A stretch of 64,000 bases of DNA from positions 34,308 through 98,307 of the forward strand of contig JACZRI010000003.1 of the NCBI GenBank assembly GCA_022574775.1. The letters are read 5' to 3'. The notes beneath the pieces were generated by a model. The model saw only the letters and a list, made by a program, of their open reading frames with translations, was not told where the DNA came from and ran no database searches. Position 1 is the first letter of the stretch. Each line of letters begins with the position of its first letter. Position numbers and translations under genes: made by a program. Source of the DNA: Patescibacteria group bacterium (lineage in GTDB: Bacteria > Patescibacteriota > Minisyncoccia > Minisyncoccales > RBG-13-36-15). This document shows, piece after piece, positions 37,020 through 46,508 of the stretch.

Positions 37020-37571
37020 AAAATATCAGCATTTACTAGATAGAAAATTATTAAAAAGGGTAAGAGATAAAGAAGAATTATCATTACGATCTGTTCTAGA
37101 AGGTGTAGAGACAGAGAAGAAAGAAAAATTAGATTCAAAAAATATACCATTTTGAGATACTTTTGAATTCAAATTTTCAAGCCTAAACTCTAAATCGTCC
37201 AGCTAAAAGAGTTTGAGCCGGTGTTTTAACCCCAAACCCCTCTATAAACCAAGTTCTAATACTGTACCATCCCCGCAGTCATTTAGGGCACCTGACCGAA
37301 ACCAGTCTCAAGCCACAAGAAAACCGCCTTGTCCAGGCGGCTTTCTTTTTACTTCTCAACACGCTTGTCTTATATTCTTCAACGAGATTCAACTGGTATC
37401 ATTCATTTCAGATCATGTGAATCTGAAAATACTACAGAGATTTCGGTATCCAGAAAGTCTTTAATCTATATAATATAGTTTCCGAATGCTACTCCCACGT
37501 TTCCCGTAGAGATAGTATTATTCGCTTTATTCTTATCGGTGCTATAATTAATAAGATAACAATTTATTGCT

Positions 37572-38003
37572 ATGCTTGATTCTATAGCTTTTCGTTTTCA
37601 AAAATTCGCGCCTCTCCTTTTACGATTTGGGCTCGCGACGGTGTTTCTGCTTTTTGGAGTGCAAAAACTCATAAATCCAAGCCAGACCACCGTAGAGATT
37701 CAATTGCTTTTAAACTTTGAGTTAGCTGATGCTGCCGCTCTAAGTTTTTATATGGGTTTGTTCGAAATACTAATTGCGCTGGCTTTTATAGTTGGATTGA
37801 AAGTCAGATTTTCTGCACTTGTTTCCAGCCTGCTAATTTCCATATTCTTCATTTCATTTCTTGTAAAATACGGTTTTTCCATTAGCCCCGACCTTTATCG
37901 AGATATAGGGCTCCTAGGAGCTTCTATGGCACTTTTCTTACTTGGTGCGGGACCCTGGAGTATAGATAGTTTGTTACGAAAAAAAGGATATGAATCCCGT
38001 TAG
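37572..38003 (+). CDS. DoxX-family membrane protein
   Basis: 4 TM helices in DoxX topology with a FGVQKL-like N-terminal motif. Confidence 0.6.
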   Translation: MLDSIAFRFQKFAPLLLRFGLATVFLLFGVQKLINPSQTTVEIQLLLNFELADAAALSFYMGLFEILIALAFIVGLKVRFSALVSSLLISIFFISFLVKYGFSISPDLYRDIGLLGASMALFLLGAGPWSIDSLLRKKGYESR

Positions 38004-38092
38004 AGATAACAAGATGTTTTACACTTATCTGACACAAAGCTCAAAAGACCATAAATGGTATAATACGAATATATAAAATTTATAGTGTTATT

Positions 38093-38311
38093 ATGACCAA
38101 AAAAGTTCAATTTTCTATAGAAGGCATGCATTGCGGTTCATGCGCTGCAGGAATAAAAATGGTCTTGGACAATACAGACGGAGTTTTAAGCGCTTCTGCA
38201 GATTGGGACAGCAAAAATGGCGAGGTTGAATATGACGAAGAAAAAATAAAGCTGGAGGATATCTTGAAGGCGATTGGGGAGCTTGGATATAAAGCGACCC
38301 CTAAAAGTTAA
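38093..38311 (+). CDS. Heavy-metal-associated (HMA) domain protein, CopZ-like metallochaperone
   Basis: GMHCGSCA metal-binding motif in a 72 aa ferredoxin-like fold. Confidence 0.75.
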   Translation: MTKKVQFSIEGMHCGSCAAGIKMVLDNTDGVLSASADWDSKNGEVEYDEEKIKLEDILKAIGELGYKATPKS

Positions 38312-38347
38312 TAATATATATTTTCTTTAGAAAAAAAATAAATATAT

Positions 38348-39502
38348 ATGAGTGATGAAATTCTTCAGGAGCAAAAGAACGAACTAAGCAACGATGAAGT
38401 GTCTCAAAAAAGAGGAGCTGGGCGTTTTATTTTTGCTTTGTTAACATTCTTCTTTCTCGCTGTTGTAATCGGAGGACTTTTTTGGATTTTTGCGTTAAGC
38501 CCGAGTTCTCCTGTAGGGTTTGGATGGTATCTTTTTGCGTTTGCTGCGGGGCTCTCAATGATTGTTTTGCCATGTACTCTGCCATTGGCATTTGTCATTG
38601 TTCCCATGGTGATTGGGAAAAGTTACGCGAAGGGTCTTGCGACTGCGTTAAGTTTTAGTATTGGGGTCGTGATAACTCTTAGTATGTATGGTATATTTGC
38701 CGCCTTACTTGGCAAGGCAGTATTTGGTTTTTCTGGTGGAAGCGGGGAGATGATTAAAAATATTTTCTATGCGCTTGCGGGAATATTTGCGATTGTCTTT
38801 GCTTTTGGAGAGCTCGGATTTTTAAAAGTGAGAATGCCAAGTTATTCGGGGGCAGTACCCGGATTTATTCAGAAACGTAAAGATATATTAAAGCCGCTGC
38901 TTCTCGGACTATTTTTGGGAAATATTGGTGTTGGTTGTCCTCATCCCGCAACTCCTATGATTTTAGGACAAATTGGCGTTGTAGGAGATGTGTTCTATGG
39001 CTGGCTTTTGTTCTTTGTTCATGCTATTGGAAGGGTAATTCCACTTTTGGTTCTCGCAATGTTTGGAATAATTGGAATTAATGCGACAAAAGCATTGGTT
39101 CGTCATAGAGTAACTATCGCAAAAACAACTGCTTGGGGAATGGTATTTGTTGGTGGTTTCCTCTTCACTCTTGGGTTCTTCGGTCATGATTGGTGGGTAA
39201 ATTCTGGCCAGCATACATTTTTTGAACAGATTGTTCAAGAAGAACGTTTTACCGGAATACTCAAAGGACGTTTAGACAGCGAGGTTATCCATGCCCATAG
39301 GATTGCAGATGGGAAAGGAATGTTCGGGGCGCCTCTTTGGCTCGGGAACTGGGTTTTAGTTGCCCTTTGGGTTCTGCCGATGTGGTGGTATTGGTTGCAG
39401 TCAGGGCGCAGAAAAAAAATGGGAGCACTTTTTGTGGCGATTACTATTTTGTTAGGTTTAATCTTTATTCGTATCTTGCCTAATTGGTTTCTTGGCTTAT
39501 GA
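38348..39502 (+). CDS. CcdA/DsbD-like membrane protein (paralog of 34855-35829) with a C-terminal extension
   Basis: Shares the LPCTLPLAFVIVP and GVGCPHPA motifs with its paralog. Confidence 0.45.
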   Translation: MSDEILQEQKNELSNDEVSQKRGAGRFIFALLTFFFLAVVIGGLFWIFALSPSSPVGFGWYLFAFAAGLSMIVLPCTLPLAFVIVPMVIGKSYAKGLATALSFSIGVVITLSMYGIFAALLGKAVFGFSGGSGEMIKNIFYALAGIFAIVFAFGELGFLKVRMPSYSGAVPGFIQKRKDILKPLLLGLFLGNIGVGCPHPATPMILGQIGVVGDVFYGWLLFFVHAIGRVIPLLVLAMFGIIGINATKALVRHRVTIAKTTAWGMVFVGGFLFTLGFFGHDWWVNSGQHTFFEQIVQEERFTGILKGRLDSEVIHAHRIADGKGMFGAPLWLGNWVLVALWVLPMWWYWLQSGRRKKMGALFVAITILLGLIFIRILPNWFLGL

Positions 39503-39618
39503 TAAATATTCGATAAAATAAAGATATTTTGAGAGTAGATATATAACCAAAAAATCGCAAAAACGGCGGTTTTTCTTGATTGTTTTGTCAAATCAAAAAA
39601 TTGAACTTTCAACATCTT

Positions 39619-40185
39619 ATGAAGAGGGAAATTATAATACATAATAAAACTGTTTCTTACATTCTTTGTAAAAGCAAGCGGGCGCGCAGGGTGAGGCTAG
39701 TTGTGCATTGTGATGGAAGTATAATTGTTACTACTCCCTATGATATTTCAGAAAATGTGGCAGAGAGATTTATCAAGGATAAGGCTAAATGGATTTTTAC
39801 TAAATTATCTTTCTTTAAGAAATATAACGGTAAACTGACATCAAAAAACCACACAGATTATTTAAAATATAGAGATAAAGTGCAAAGATTAGCTGAGGAT
39901 AGAGTGGAATATTTCAACGAAATTTATAATTTTAAATTTAATCGTATAAATATCAGAAACCAAAAGACCAGATGGGGGAGTTGTTCTAAGAAAAGAAATT
40001 TAAGCTTTAATTATAAAATACTATTTCTGCCTTCACATATCTTTGATTACATTATTACTCACGAACTATGCCATCTGAAAGAATTTAATCATTCGCGAAA
40101 GTTTTGGAATCTTGTTGCCGAAACGATTCCTAATTGTTCAGAGATCAAGAAGGATTTGAAGCGAAATGTTTTGAATTCTTATTAG
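39619..40185 (+). CDS. YgjP/DUF45-family metal-dependent hydrolase (SprT-like HExxH)
   Basis: WGSCSKKRNLSFNYKILFLP and the ITHELCHLKEFNHSRKFW motif. Confidence 0.65.
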   Translation: MKREIIIHNKTVSYILCKSKRARRVRLVVHCDGSIIVTTPYDISENVAERFIKDKAKWIFTKLSFFKKYNGKLTSKNHTDYLKYRDKVQRLAEDRVEYFNEIYNFKFNRINIRNQKTRWGSCSKKRNLSFNYKILFLPSHIFDYIITHELCHLKEFNHSRKFWNLVAETIPNCSEIKKDLKRNVLNSY

Positions 40186-40286
40186 AATATAAAAATATCT
40201 TTTTATAAGTTCTATTTTACGAGGCTTAGCCTCGTAAAGTTACTTAATCGCTAAGAATGCGATTTTTTGGTAGAATTAAATAAATT

Positions 40287-40868
40287 ATGAAAATATCAAA
40301 AGCAGAATTTATTAAAGGTGTTATCGGGGACGATTACGGTTTGGAAGACAATTTACCGCACATCGCTTTTTTTGGCCGTTCTAATGCGGGGAAATCAAGC
40401 GTGATTAACTCCTTAGTTGGCAAGAAAGATCTTGTAAAAACAAGCAAGATGCCAGGGAAAACACGTGAAGCGAATTTTTTCCGCATCAATGATTCTTTCT
40501 ATTTTGTGGATTTTCCCGGATATGGATATGCGAAGCGTTCGATATTAGAGCGCAACAAAATAATCAAAAGGATTTTTTGGTATGTGAAATTTTCCAATAC
40601 GAGGCCTAAAGCAGTTTTCTTAATTATTGACGCTAATGTCGGTTTGACTGCTCTTGATCGGGATATGATAAAAATTCTCGAGGCAAATAAACATCAAATT
40701 ATCATTATTGCAAACAAAATTGATAAATTGGCTAAAGGCGCTGCGGGAAAACAGCTTTCCTCAATCCAAAAAGAAGCGCGAGATATACTAGTTTTGGGAT
40801 ACTCGGCCAAAACAAACGAAGGAAAAGACGAATTAACTGAAAAAATTGCGGGTTTTGTAATAAAATAA
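40287..40868 (+). CDS. engB: Ribosome biogenesis GTP-binding protein EngB/YihA
   Basis: G1 GRSNAGKSS, G3 DFPGYGY, G4 NKID. Confidence 0.8.
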   Translation: MKISKAEFIKGVIGDDYGLEDNLPHIAFFGRSNAGKSSVINSLVGKKDLVKTSKMPGKTREANFFRINDSFYFVDFPGYGYAKRSILERNKIIKRIFWYVKFSNTRPKAVFLIIDANVGLTALDRDMIKILEANKHQIIIIANKIDKLAKGAAGKQLSSIQKEARDILVLGYSAKTNEGKDELTEKIAGFVIK

Positions 40869-40895
40869 GTCTGACCGAAACGCGTTATTTACGAA

Positions 40896-40930
40896 TTCTA
40901 AAATCACCAAGAAGGCGGTTTTCTTTTATT
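40896..40930 (+). terminator. Rho-independent terminator (repeat of the 34416-34468 module)
   Basis: CACCaagaaGGCGG hairpin followed by TTTTCTTTT. The upstream 30 nt are also shared with the 34416 copy. Confidence 0.55.
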
Positions 40931-40934
40931 AAAG

Positions 40935-41340
40935 AAAAGAGGGGAGCACGCCTGACTGACGCAACTCCCCTTGTTCGTTCGAAGACTCTGAGCACCTATT
41001 AAGAGAGGGCTATTTCACTGGCGACTTCACGGAAGCTGGCGCCCCCGCTTCATAGTCTCGCCCCTATTCTACACATTCTAAGAGGTGTTCCCTCCAACGG
41101 TATACTCCGCGAGTCAGAACCACTGGGAGGTTGAACCCAGCTCTCCCATCCATGTGGAGATTATCCCAACCAACGACTAGTCCTTTTTCCGAACGAACAT
41201 AGTTTTTTTATAACAATCCAAATAACGTGTCAATAGGGCAACAGAAAATCGTCAACCTGTCCGCCTGTGGAAGAAAAGCATGCCTCACACCGTCGAGTCA
41301 AACTCGACTGGTGCGGGGGTCCACGGCTACCAGTCGCTTA
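40935..41340. ncRNA. Candidate structured ncRNA in a GC-rich (about 50%) non-coding segment; identity unresolved
   Basis: 400 nt with no credible ORF, marked GC enrichment as seen for rnpB, and multiple GC hairpins (GGGGAGC...GCTCTCC, CTGGG-aggttgaa-CCCAG, GGTGCGGGGGTCCACGG). Confidence 0.3.
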
Positions 41341-41373
41341 GAAATTATGCTAAACTAAGTTTAGTGAAAAAAT

Positions 41374-41931
41374 ATGGTACTAACACAATCACAAACAAAA
41401 CTTCGTCTTGGAGATAAAGCTCCGGACTTTACCTTGCAAGGTATAGACGGCAAGAGATACTCTCTGTCAGATTTTGCTGACTCTGAAGGCTTTCTCCTCA
41501 TCTTTATATGCAATCACTGTCCATATGTGAAAGCAAAGATTGACGATATTGTAAAATTACATGAGCAATTTAAAGATAGGGTTGCTGTGGTAGGTGTTAA
41601 CAGCAATGACCCTGAATATCCTGGAGAGGGTATTGAAAACATGAAGAAATTTGCGCAGGAACGAAATATCACATTTCCCTATCTATTGGATGATACGCAG
41701 AAAGTTGCCAGGTCTTATGGCGCTACCTGTACTCCAGACCCGTTTCTTTTTGATAAAATGCAGCAATTGGTGTTTCATGGCAGAATAGATGATGCATTCA
41801 ATCCAGAAGATAAAGTGACTGAACGTACTATGGAAGACAACATTCAAAAGATGCTGAAGGGTGACAAAATAGACAGAGAACTTAAACCCTCAATGGGGTG
41901 TTCTATTAAATGGATTGAACCTGCCGCGTAA
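41374..41931 (+). CDS. Thioredoxin-fold redoxin (AhpC/TSA-like, CxxC)
   Basis: CNHCP active-site motif within the redoxin fold. Confidence 0.65.
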   Translation: MVLTQSQTKLRLGDKAPDFTLQGIDGKRYSLSDFADSEGFLLIFICNHCPYVKAKIDDIVKLHEQFKDRVAVVGVNSNDPEYPGEGIENMKKFAQERNITFPYLLDDTQKVARSYGATCTPDPFLFDKMQQLVFHGRIDDAFNPEDKVTERTMEDNIQKMLKGDKIDRELKPSMGCSIKWIEPAA

Positions 41932-41952
41932 GTTTGTTTTGGAATAATTGAC

Positions 41953-43113
41953 ATGCGCATCTCAAAAAAAGAAGCTTTACAATATCATAAGAAATACAGA
42001 GGGAAGATAGGGATTGTTGCAAAAACTTCAATTAAGACGAAAAAGGACTTGAGTTTAGCGTACACTCCTGGTGTTGCTTTTGTGTCTCAAGCTATAGCTG
42101 AGGATAAAAGTTTGGATAGGGTACTGACAAATAAAGGAAACAGCGTTGCCATTATTACTGACGGTACGGCTGTTTTAGGTTTGGGGGACATTGGGCCAGA
42201 AGCCGCCATTCCCGTAATGGAGGGGAAGGCAGCTATTTTTAAGTCCTTTGCCGGAATTGATGCTTATCCTATTTCTTTAGATGAAAAAGATCCAAAGAAG
42301 ATTATTGATATAGTAAAGGCATTGGCTCCCAACTATGCCGGAATTAATCTTGAGGATATTTCAGCTCCAAGATGTTTTGAAATAGAGCGCACGTTACAAA
42401 AAGAGCTTAAAATACCCGTGTTTCATGATGATCAGCACGGAGCTGCAATCATTATTCTAACAGCACTCATAAACGCGCTTTTAGTTGCAAAGAAGAAGTT
42501 TGAAAAGGTGCGTGTGGTTATAAACGGGGCTGGGGCAGCTGGTATTGCAACAACTCATCTTTTACTTGCTTATGGGGTAAAACACATAACTGTTGTTGAT
42601 AAACAAGGGGTTCTGCATAAAAAAGCAAAAGGCATGAACCGATACCAGGCTGAGGTGGCGCGATTAACCAATCCCAAAGTTAAAGGAGGGTTAAAAGAGG
42701 CGATAAAAGGGGCAGATGTGTTTATTGGTTTTTCGGTTGGAAACATTCTGTCAAAGAGCATGGTTACCTCCATGGCTCCAAAATCAATTGTATTTGCTGC
42801 AGCAAATCCAGTACCTGAAATTAGTCCAAAAGACGCAAAAGCAGCCGGTGCTTTTATTGTGGCAACCGGGCGATCTGATTATCCAAATCAGATAAACAAT
42901 GCACTTGTGTTTCCAGGTTTGTTTAAAGGATTGCTTGATGCGGGAGCTTCGAAGGTTACGCCAGAACCCATGATATGCGCTGCAACATGTCTTTCAGGAT
43001 TGATTAAAAAGCCAACTCCAAACAACATAGTTCCTTCTCTTTTTGACAAGCGGGTTGTTGAAACCGTTGCTTTTACCGTTCGGCAAGAAGGAGTGTGCGT
43101 GTGCAAGTATTAA
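41953..43113 (+). CDS. maeA: NAD(P)-dependent malic enzyme (short form)
   Basis: YTPGVA, GLGDIG and NGAGAAG Rossmann motifs. Confidence 0.8.
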   Translation: MRISKKEALQYHKKYRGKIGIVAKTSIKTKKDLSLAYTPGVAFVSQAIAEDKSLDRVLTNKGNSVAIITDGTAVLGLGDIGPEAAIPVMEGKAAIFKSFAGIDAYPISLDEKDPKKIIDIVKALAPNYAGINLEDISAPRCFEIERTLQKELKIPVFHDDQHGAAIIILTALINALLVAKKKFEKVRVVINGAGAAGIATTHLLLAYGVKHITVVDKQGVLHKKAKGMNRYQAEVARLTNPKVKGGLKEAIKGADVFIGFSVGNILSKSMVTSMAPKSIVFAAANPVPEISPKDAKAAGAFIVATGRSDYPNQINNALVFPGLFKGLLDAGASKVTPEPMICAATCLSGLIKKPTPNNIVPSLFDKRVVETVAFTVRQEGVCVCKY

Positions 43114-43324
43114 GAATGACTACTCTTTTCTCAGCGGTGCGTTTTTTACAATACGCAAGTCAAAACTTAATAATTATTTAGGAATTTTCTATTTTCTCTC
43201 CTCCTTTATTTCTATATCAAACAAGTAACCAAACAAGCTAACTTTAAAAAACGGCTTCTATAAGCCATTTTTATTTTATGCCGAAACCTGGGTATTTAAG
43301 CTCTCCAAATGATATAATGAATGT

Positions 43325-44035
43325 ATGGAGCATTTTTTCTTTTTTGGAGTTGCTTTTATTGCTGCAGTAATTGGGACTATAGCGGGCTTTGGTACAGCTA
43401 CTATTTTAACCCCGTTTAGTTCTTTGGTGATTGATATTAAGGTGGCCATTGTTTTGGTAGCCTTTTTTCATTTATTTAGGAATGTATCTACAATTTTTCT
43501 TTTTAAGAAAATAAATTGGGGGATTTTTTTAAAATTTGGTATCCCCAGTATTGGGGCTTCATTCCTTGGCGCCAAACTCATAACCACATTAGATACAGAA
43601 ACCGTAAAAGTTATTTTTGGTTTATTTTTGATCACTTTTGTTCTTTATTCCTTTACGAAAAAAGTCATTCAACTAAGACCAGTCAATTATGTTGCGTTTT
43701 CTGGCGGATTGAGTTCAGGATTTTTAGCGGGGCTTATTGGTACAGGCGGAGCCATTCGTTCACTTTTTTTGAATGCTTTTGGTTTACCCAAAAAAGTTTA
43801 TATAGCCACTTCCGCGATGATCGCCATTGTTATTGATTTAACTAGAATACCTGTGTATTTTGCAGGTGGGATTATTTTTGATAAAATTTATCTCTATTAT
43901 ATCCCAGCTTTAATTCTAATAGCTTTTTTCGGAGTTATAATCGGGAAAAAGATAGTCAAAAAAATACCAACCGAAACTTTTAGAAGAGTGGTGTTAATAG
44001 CCTTACTTTTGATTGGGCTAAAGTTAATATTTTGA
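43325..44035 (+). CDS. TauE/SafE (DUF81) family sulfite/anion exporter
   Basis: Duplicated 4-TM repeats, each with a G-rich motif (GTIAGFGTAT and GLIGTGGAI). Confidence 0.7.
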   Translation: MEHFFFFGVAFIAAVIGTIAGFGTATILTPFSSLVIDIKVAIVLVAFFHLFRNVSTIFLFKKINWGIFLKFGIPSIGASFLGAKLITTLDTETVKVIFGLFLITFVLYSFTKKVIQLRPVNYVAFSGGLSSGFLAGLIGTGGAIRSLFLNAFGLPKKVYIATSAMIAIVIDLTRIPVYFAGGIIFDKIYLYYIPALILIAFFGVIIGKKIVKKIPTETFRRVVLIALLLIGLKLIF

Positions 44036-44071
44036 ATTTAAATAAACCAAATATAAACTCATCTAATAAAA

Positions 44072-44128
44072 AAATCGCCAAGCCCTAAACCAGAACAAGT
44101 ACGGTTCAGGGTAAAAAGGCGGTTTTTT
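44072..44128 (+). terminator. Rho-independent terminator whose loop carries a nested 33 nt palindromic insertion (44083-44115)
   Basis: AAAATCGCCAAG[CCCTAAACC-AGAACAAGTAC-GGTTCAGGG-TAAA]AAGGCGGTTTTTTT. The flanks equal the intact terminator module found at 34447 and 46483. Confidence 0.55.
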
Positions 44129-44272
44129 TAGTAGAATTGTTTGATGAAAAAGAAGACTTTGATGGCCAGCTTGAAAAATTTCTTTATTTAGAACCTCTCT
44201 TTTTTTAATTTATAATTAGATAGAGTAGATAAAAAAAACTTCAACTAAGCCTGTGGATTTAAGTCTGGTATT

Positions 44273-45160
44273 TTAATTTTTGAGTTGGTTAATAATTTTG
44301 AATGTATCAGATTGGCGATTACTGGAATAAAACAAGATAATGACGACAGGCTCTTTGTTTATATTAAATAACGATGCTGATGTCTGTCTGGCTTCTGGCA
44401 GGTAGCCAGTTTTTCCGCCAATAAATTCAGGAAGAGCATAAAAATTATTTACATTTTGGAACTTGAGTAATCTTCCTGTTGGATCCGGAAGCCAAAAGTT
44501 ATTATTTTTGGTAATGCTTAAAATTTCTGCATGATTCTCGTGAATATAAGTTAAGAGTTTTGCTATGTCGGTGGCAGTAGAGCGGTTTGCGGGATTTAAT
44601 CCGTGGGGGTCAAAAAAAACAGTATTAGCCATATCGAGCTCTTTTGCTTTTTGATTCATCAGATCCAAAAAATTTCCCTTTCTTAAAAAATAAGTTAAAG
44701 ATTCAGCAGCATCATTTGTTGATTGAATAAGACTGGCTTGGAGAAGATTTTTTGCGCTAACATTTAAGCCTAGGAAAAGGGATGGGCTATATCCTAAAGG
44801 CTCAAGCATTTTTTCTGTTAAAGTTATTGTTTGGTCAGTATCAATATTTTCAAAAGCAACTACAGCGCTCATGAGCTTGGTAATAGAAGCAATGGGAAAG
44901 GGTTGATTAGCGTTTTTCTCTAAAACCACTGAATTATTAGAAAGGTTTACTGCCAAATATGATGCAGCTGTAATTTCTTGTTGTAAACGTAAATTTAAAA
45001 TCAGTGCTTGAAGATGTTGAATTTTTTGTTTGAGGACTTGTATTTGCTGGATTAATTTCATCCTTTCTGTCTGGTCGAAGGCTTTAGCTGTTTTAGAAGC
45101 AAAGGGTGAAAAAGCTAAAAGTAATGTACAAAATAGAAGACAAAAGATTTTGTATTGCAT
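44273..45160 (-). CDS. D-alanyl-D-alanine carboxypeptidase (peptidase S11, PBP5-like)
   Basis: Signal peptide, and SITK (SxxK), SxN and KTG-like motifs. Confidence 0.7.
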   Translation of the reverse strand: MQYKIFCLLFCTLLLAFSPFASKTAKAFDQTERMKLIQQIQVLKQKIQHLQALILNLRLQQEITAASYLAVNLSNNSVVLEKNANQPFPIASITKLMSAVVAFENIDTDQTITLTEKMLEPLGYSPSLFLGLNVSAKNLLQASLIQSTNDAAESLTYFLRKGNFLDLMNQKAKELDMANTVFFDPHGLNPANRSTATDIAKLLTYIHENHAEILSITKNNNFWLPDPTGRLLKFQNVNNFYALPEFIGGKTGYLPEARQTSASLFNINKEPVVIILFYSSNRQSDTFKIINQLKN

Positions 45161-45411
45161 ATCTAAAATATATTTTAATCCATCTTTATTTTACCAGAAT
45201 GATAAAATAATATAAGATTGCCAATCAGGCGGTTTTGCGTTTAAAAATCTATGCCTTAAATCCAGCGTGGTTCAAACGATTGACAAGATATTGTCTATAT
45301 GCTAATCTTACTAACGAGATAGTTGCCTAATAAAAATTTAGTCGAGTTTATTTGGGAAGCTAAACTTTAGGGTAAAACCTTAAAATACTAATAAGAATAA
45401 TTCATATAACT

Positions 45412-45612
45412 ATGGAAGGAACAATTAAAAACCTTACAGACAAAGGATTTGGATTTATTACCGTTGAAGGTGAAGATAAGGATTTATTTTTTCACAGCAA
45501 CGAGCTTGAAGGCGTGAAATATGAAGAGTTGAAGGTAGGCGATAAGGTTTCTTTTGAGAAAGCTGATTCTCCAAAAGGACCTAACGCAGTAAAAGTAAAT
45601 CGCATTCAATAA
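45412..45612 (+). CDS. csp: Cold-shock protein (CspA family)
   Basis: GTIKNLTDKGFGFI RNP1 motif and FFHSNEL. Confidence 0.9.
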   Translation: MEGTIKNLTDKGFGFITVEGEDKDLFFHSNELEGVKYEELKVGDKVSFEKADSPKGPNAVKVNRIQ

Positions 45613-45630
45613 AATCCGATTCAGCGATAT

Positions 45631-45667
45631 AAAAAACAAGCCCATCTCCGGGCTTGTTTTTTATATC
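45631..45667 (+). terminator. Rho-independent terminator after csp
   Basis: AACAAGCCC-atctcc-GGGCTTGTT hairpin followed by T6. Confidence 0.75.
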
Positions 45668-45856
45668 GTTAATCGCGCGTTTAATCCTTGTTTCTTTTTC
45701 AAAGAAGTTTTTTTCGCATTTTTGGATGTTTTTTCTCATATGTTCATTAATAATCCCTCTTTATCATCTCAAAAAACCGGCTTCATATCAATTCTTTTTA
45801 CTTAATCAAAAAACTTTTCGAGAGGTTATTGGAAAACAGGTATAAACCACTAATCT

Positions 45857-46219
45857 TTAATCTCGAGTATGCCAGTGAGCCCACGCAATAAACAGGGGCT
45901 GAAACGGCAACCTAACCAACAACGCCCACAGGGGTGTGCCCAAACCAGCGCCAGCAGAAGTTAAATGATAAATGTTGGCGGGAAATATTGCTATGAGTAA
46001 AAATATGATTCCCCAAGATGCCGGTTTTCGTAATTTTTTTGCCAAAAGAAGTATTCCAAGGAATATTTCTATGACCCCAGAAAGATATACTAACTCTAAA
46101 TGAAAAGGAATATAAGGTGGCATGATGACTAAATAAAATTCCGTTGATAGGAAATGATTCACACCATTAAAAATATAAAAGACCGACATTACATAAAGAC
46201 TGGCTTTTTTAAATTTCAT
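45857..46219 (-). CDS. Small integral membrane protein (DoxX-like)
   Basis: 4 predicted TM helices; family assignment is weak. Confidence 0.35.
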   Translation of the reverse strand: MKFKKASLYVMSVFYIFNGVNHFLSTEFYLVIMPPYIPFHLELVYLSGVIEIFLGILLLAKKLRKPASWGIIFLLIAIFPANIYHLTSAGAGLGTPLWALLVRLPFQPLFIAWAHWHTRD

Positions 46220-46482
46220 ACAAACTCGTTTTTAACTTATAAATATTAGATTAATCATATCACGGTTTGGATTTTTACTTGAACCATATGTCATTTCACG
46301 GCAGAACCATAATGAGATATTAAGCTAGGAGTTTCGGATCAATTAATTTCTCCTTTGCATCAGCTTCGTTAAACACGATCGTTTCTCATATCATCCTAAA
46401 AACAATCCGAGAGTTGCTTGCTCTGAATTTATTGAAGGGTTGTCTCGGGCCCGACTTTTTTTATAGCTTTTAACGAGATTTA

Positions 46483-46508
46483 AAAATCGCCAAGAAGGCG
46501 GTTTTTTG
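46483..46508 (+). terminator. Rho-independent terminator (same module as 34447)
   Basis: AAAATCGCCAAGAAGGCGGTTTTTTG. Confidence 0.6.

Noticed and set aside
36943-37464. ORFs 36943-37155, 36947-37150 (minus) and 37213-37464
   Set aside because: No RBS, low complexity and mutually overlapping frames. The region more likely holds a terminator (37322-37351) and non-coding spacer.
34260-40925. tRNA-Gln plus flanking 50 nt direct repeats as an integrated genomic island
   Set aside because: No integrase or mobile-element gene lies inside. Composition is not distinct from flanking DNA, and the repeated module also occurs at other loci as a generic terminator. It is retained only as a low-confidence finding.
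40935-41340. Assignment of the GC-rich segment as tmRNA, SRP RNA or 6S RNA
   Set aside because: I could build a weak tRNA-like acceptor, but no convincing T-arm (TTCGAAT-like), no credible tag ORF ending in an Ala-rich tail, and no SRP domain-IV GGAA/AGCAGC motif. It is kept only as an unclassified ncRNA candidate.
43516-43836. A 106 aa alternative-frame ORF inside the TauE gene
   Set aside because: It is embedded in a gene with a clear duplicated 4-TM TauE/SafE architecture, so it is a frame artefact.
45654-45845. A 63 aa ORF immediately after csp
   Set aside because: It starts inside the csp terminator hairpin, so it is unlikely to be translated.
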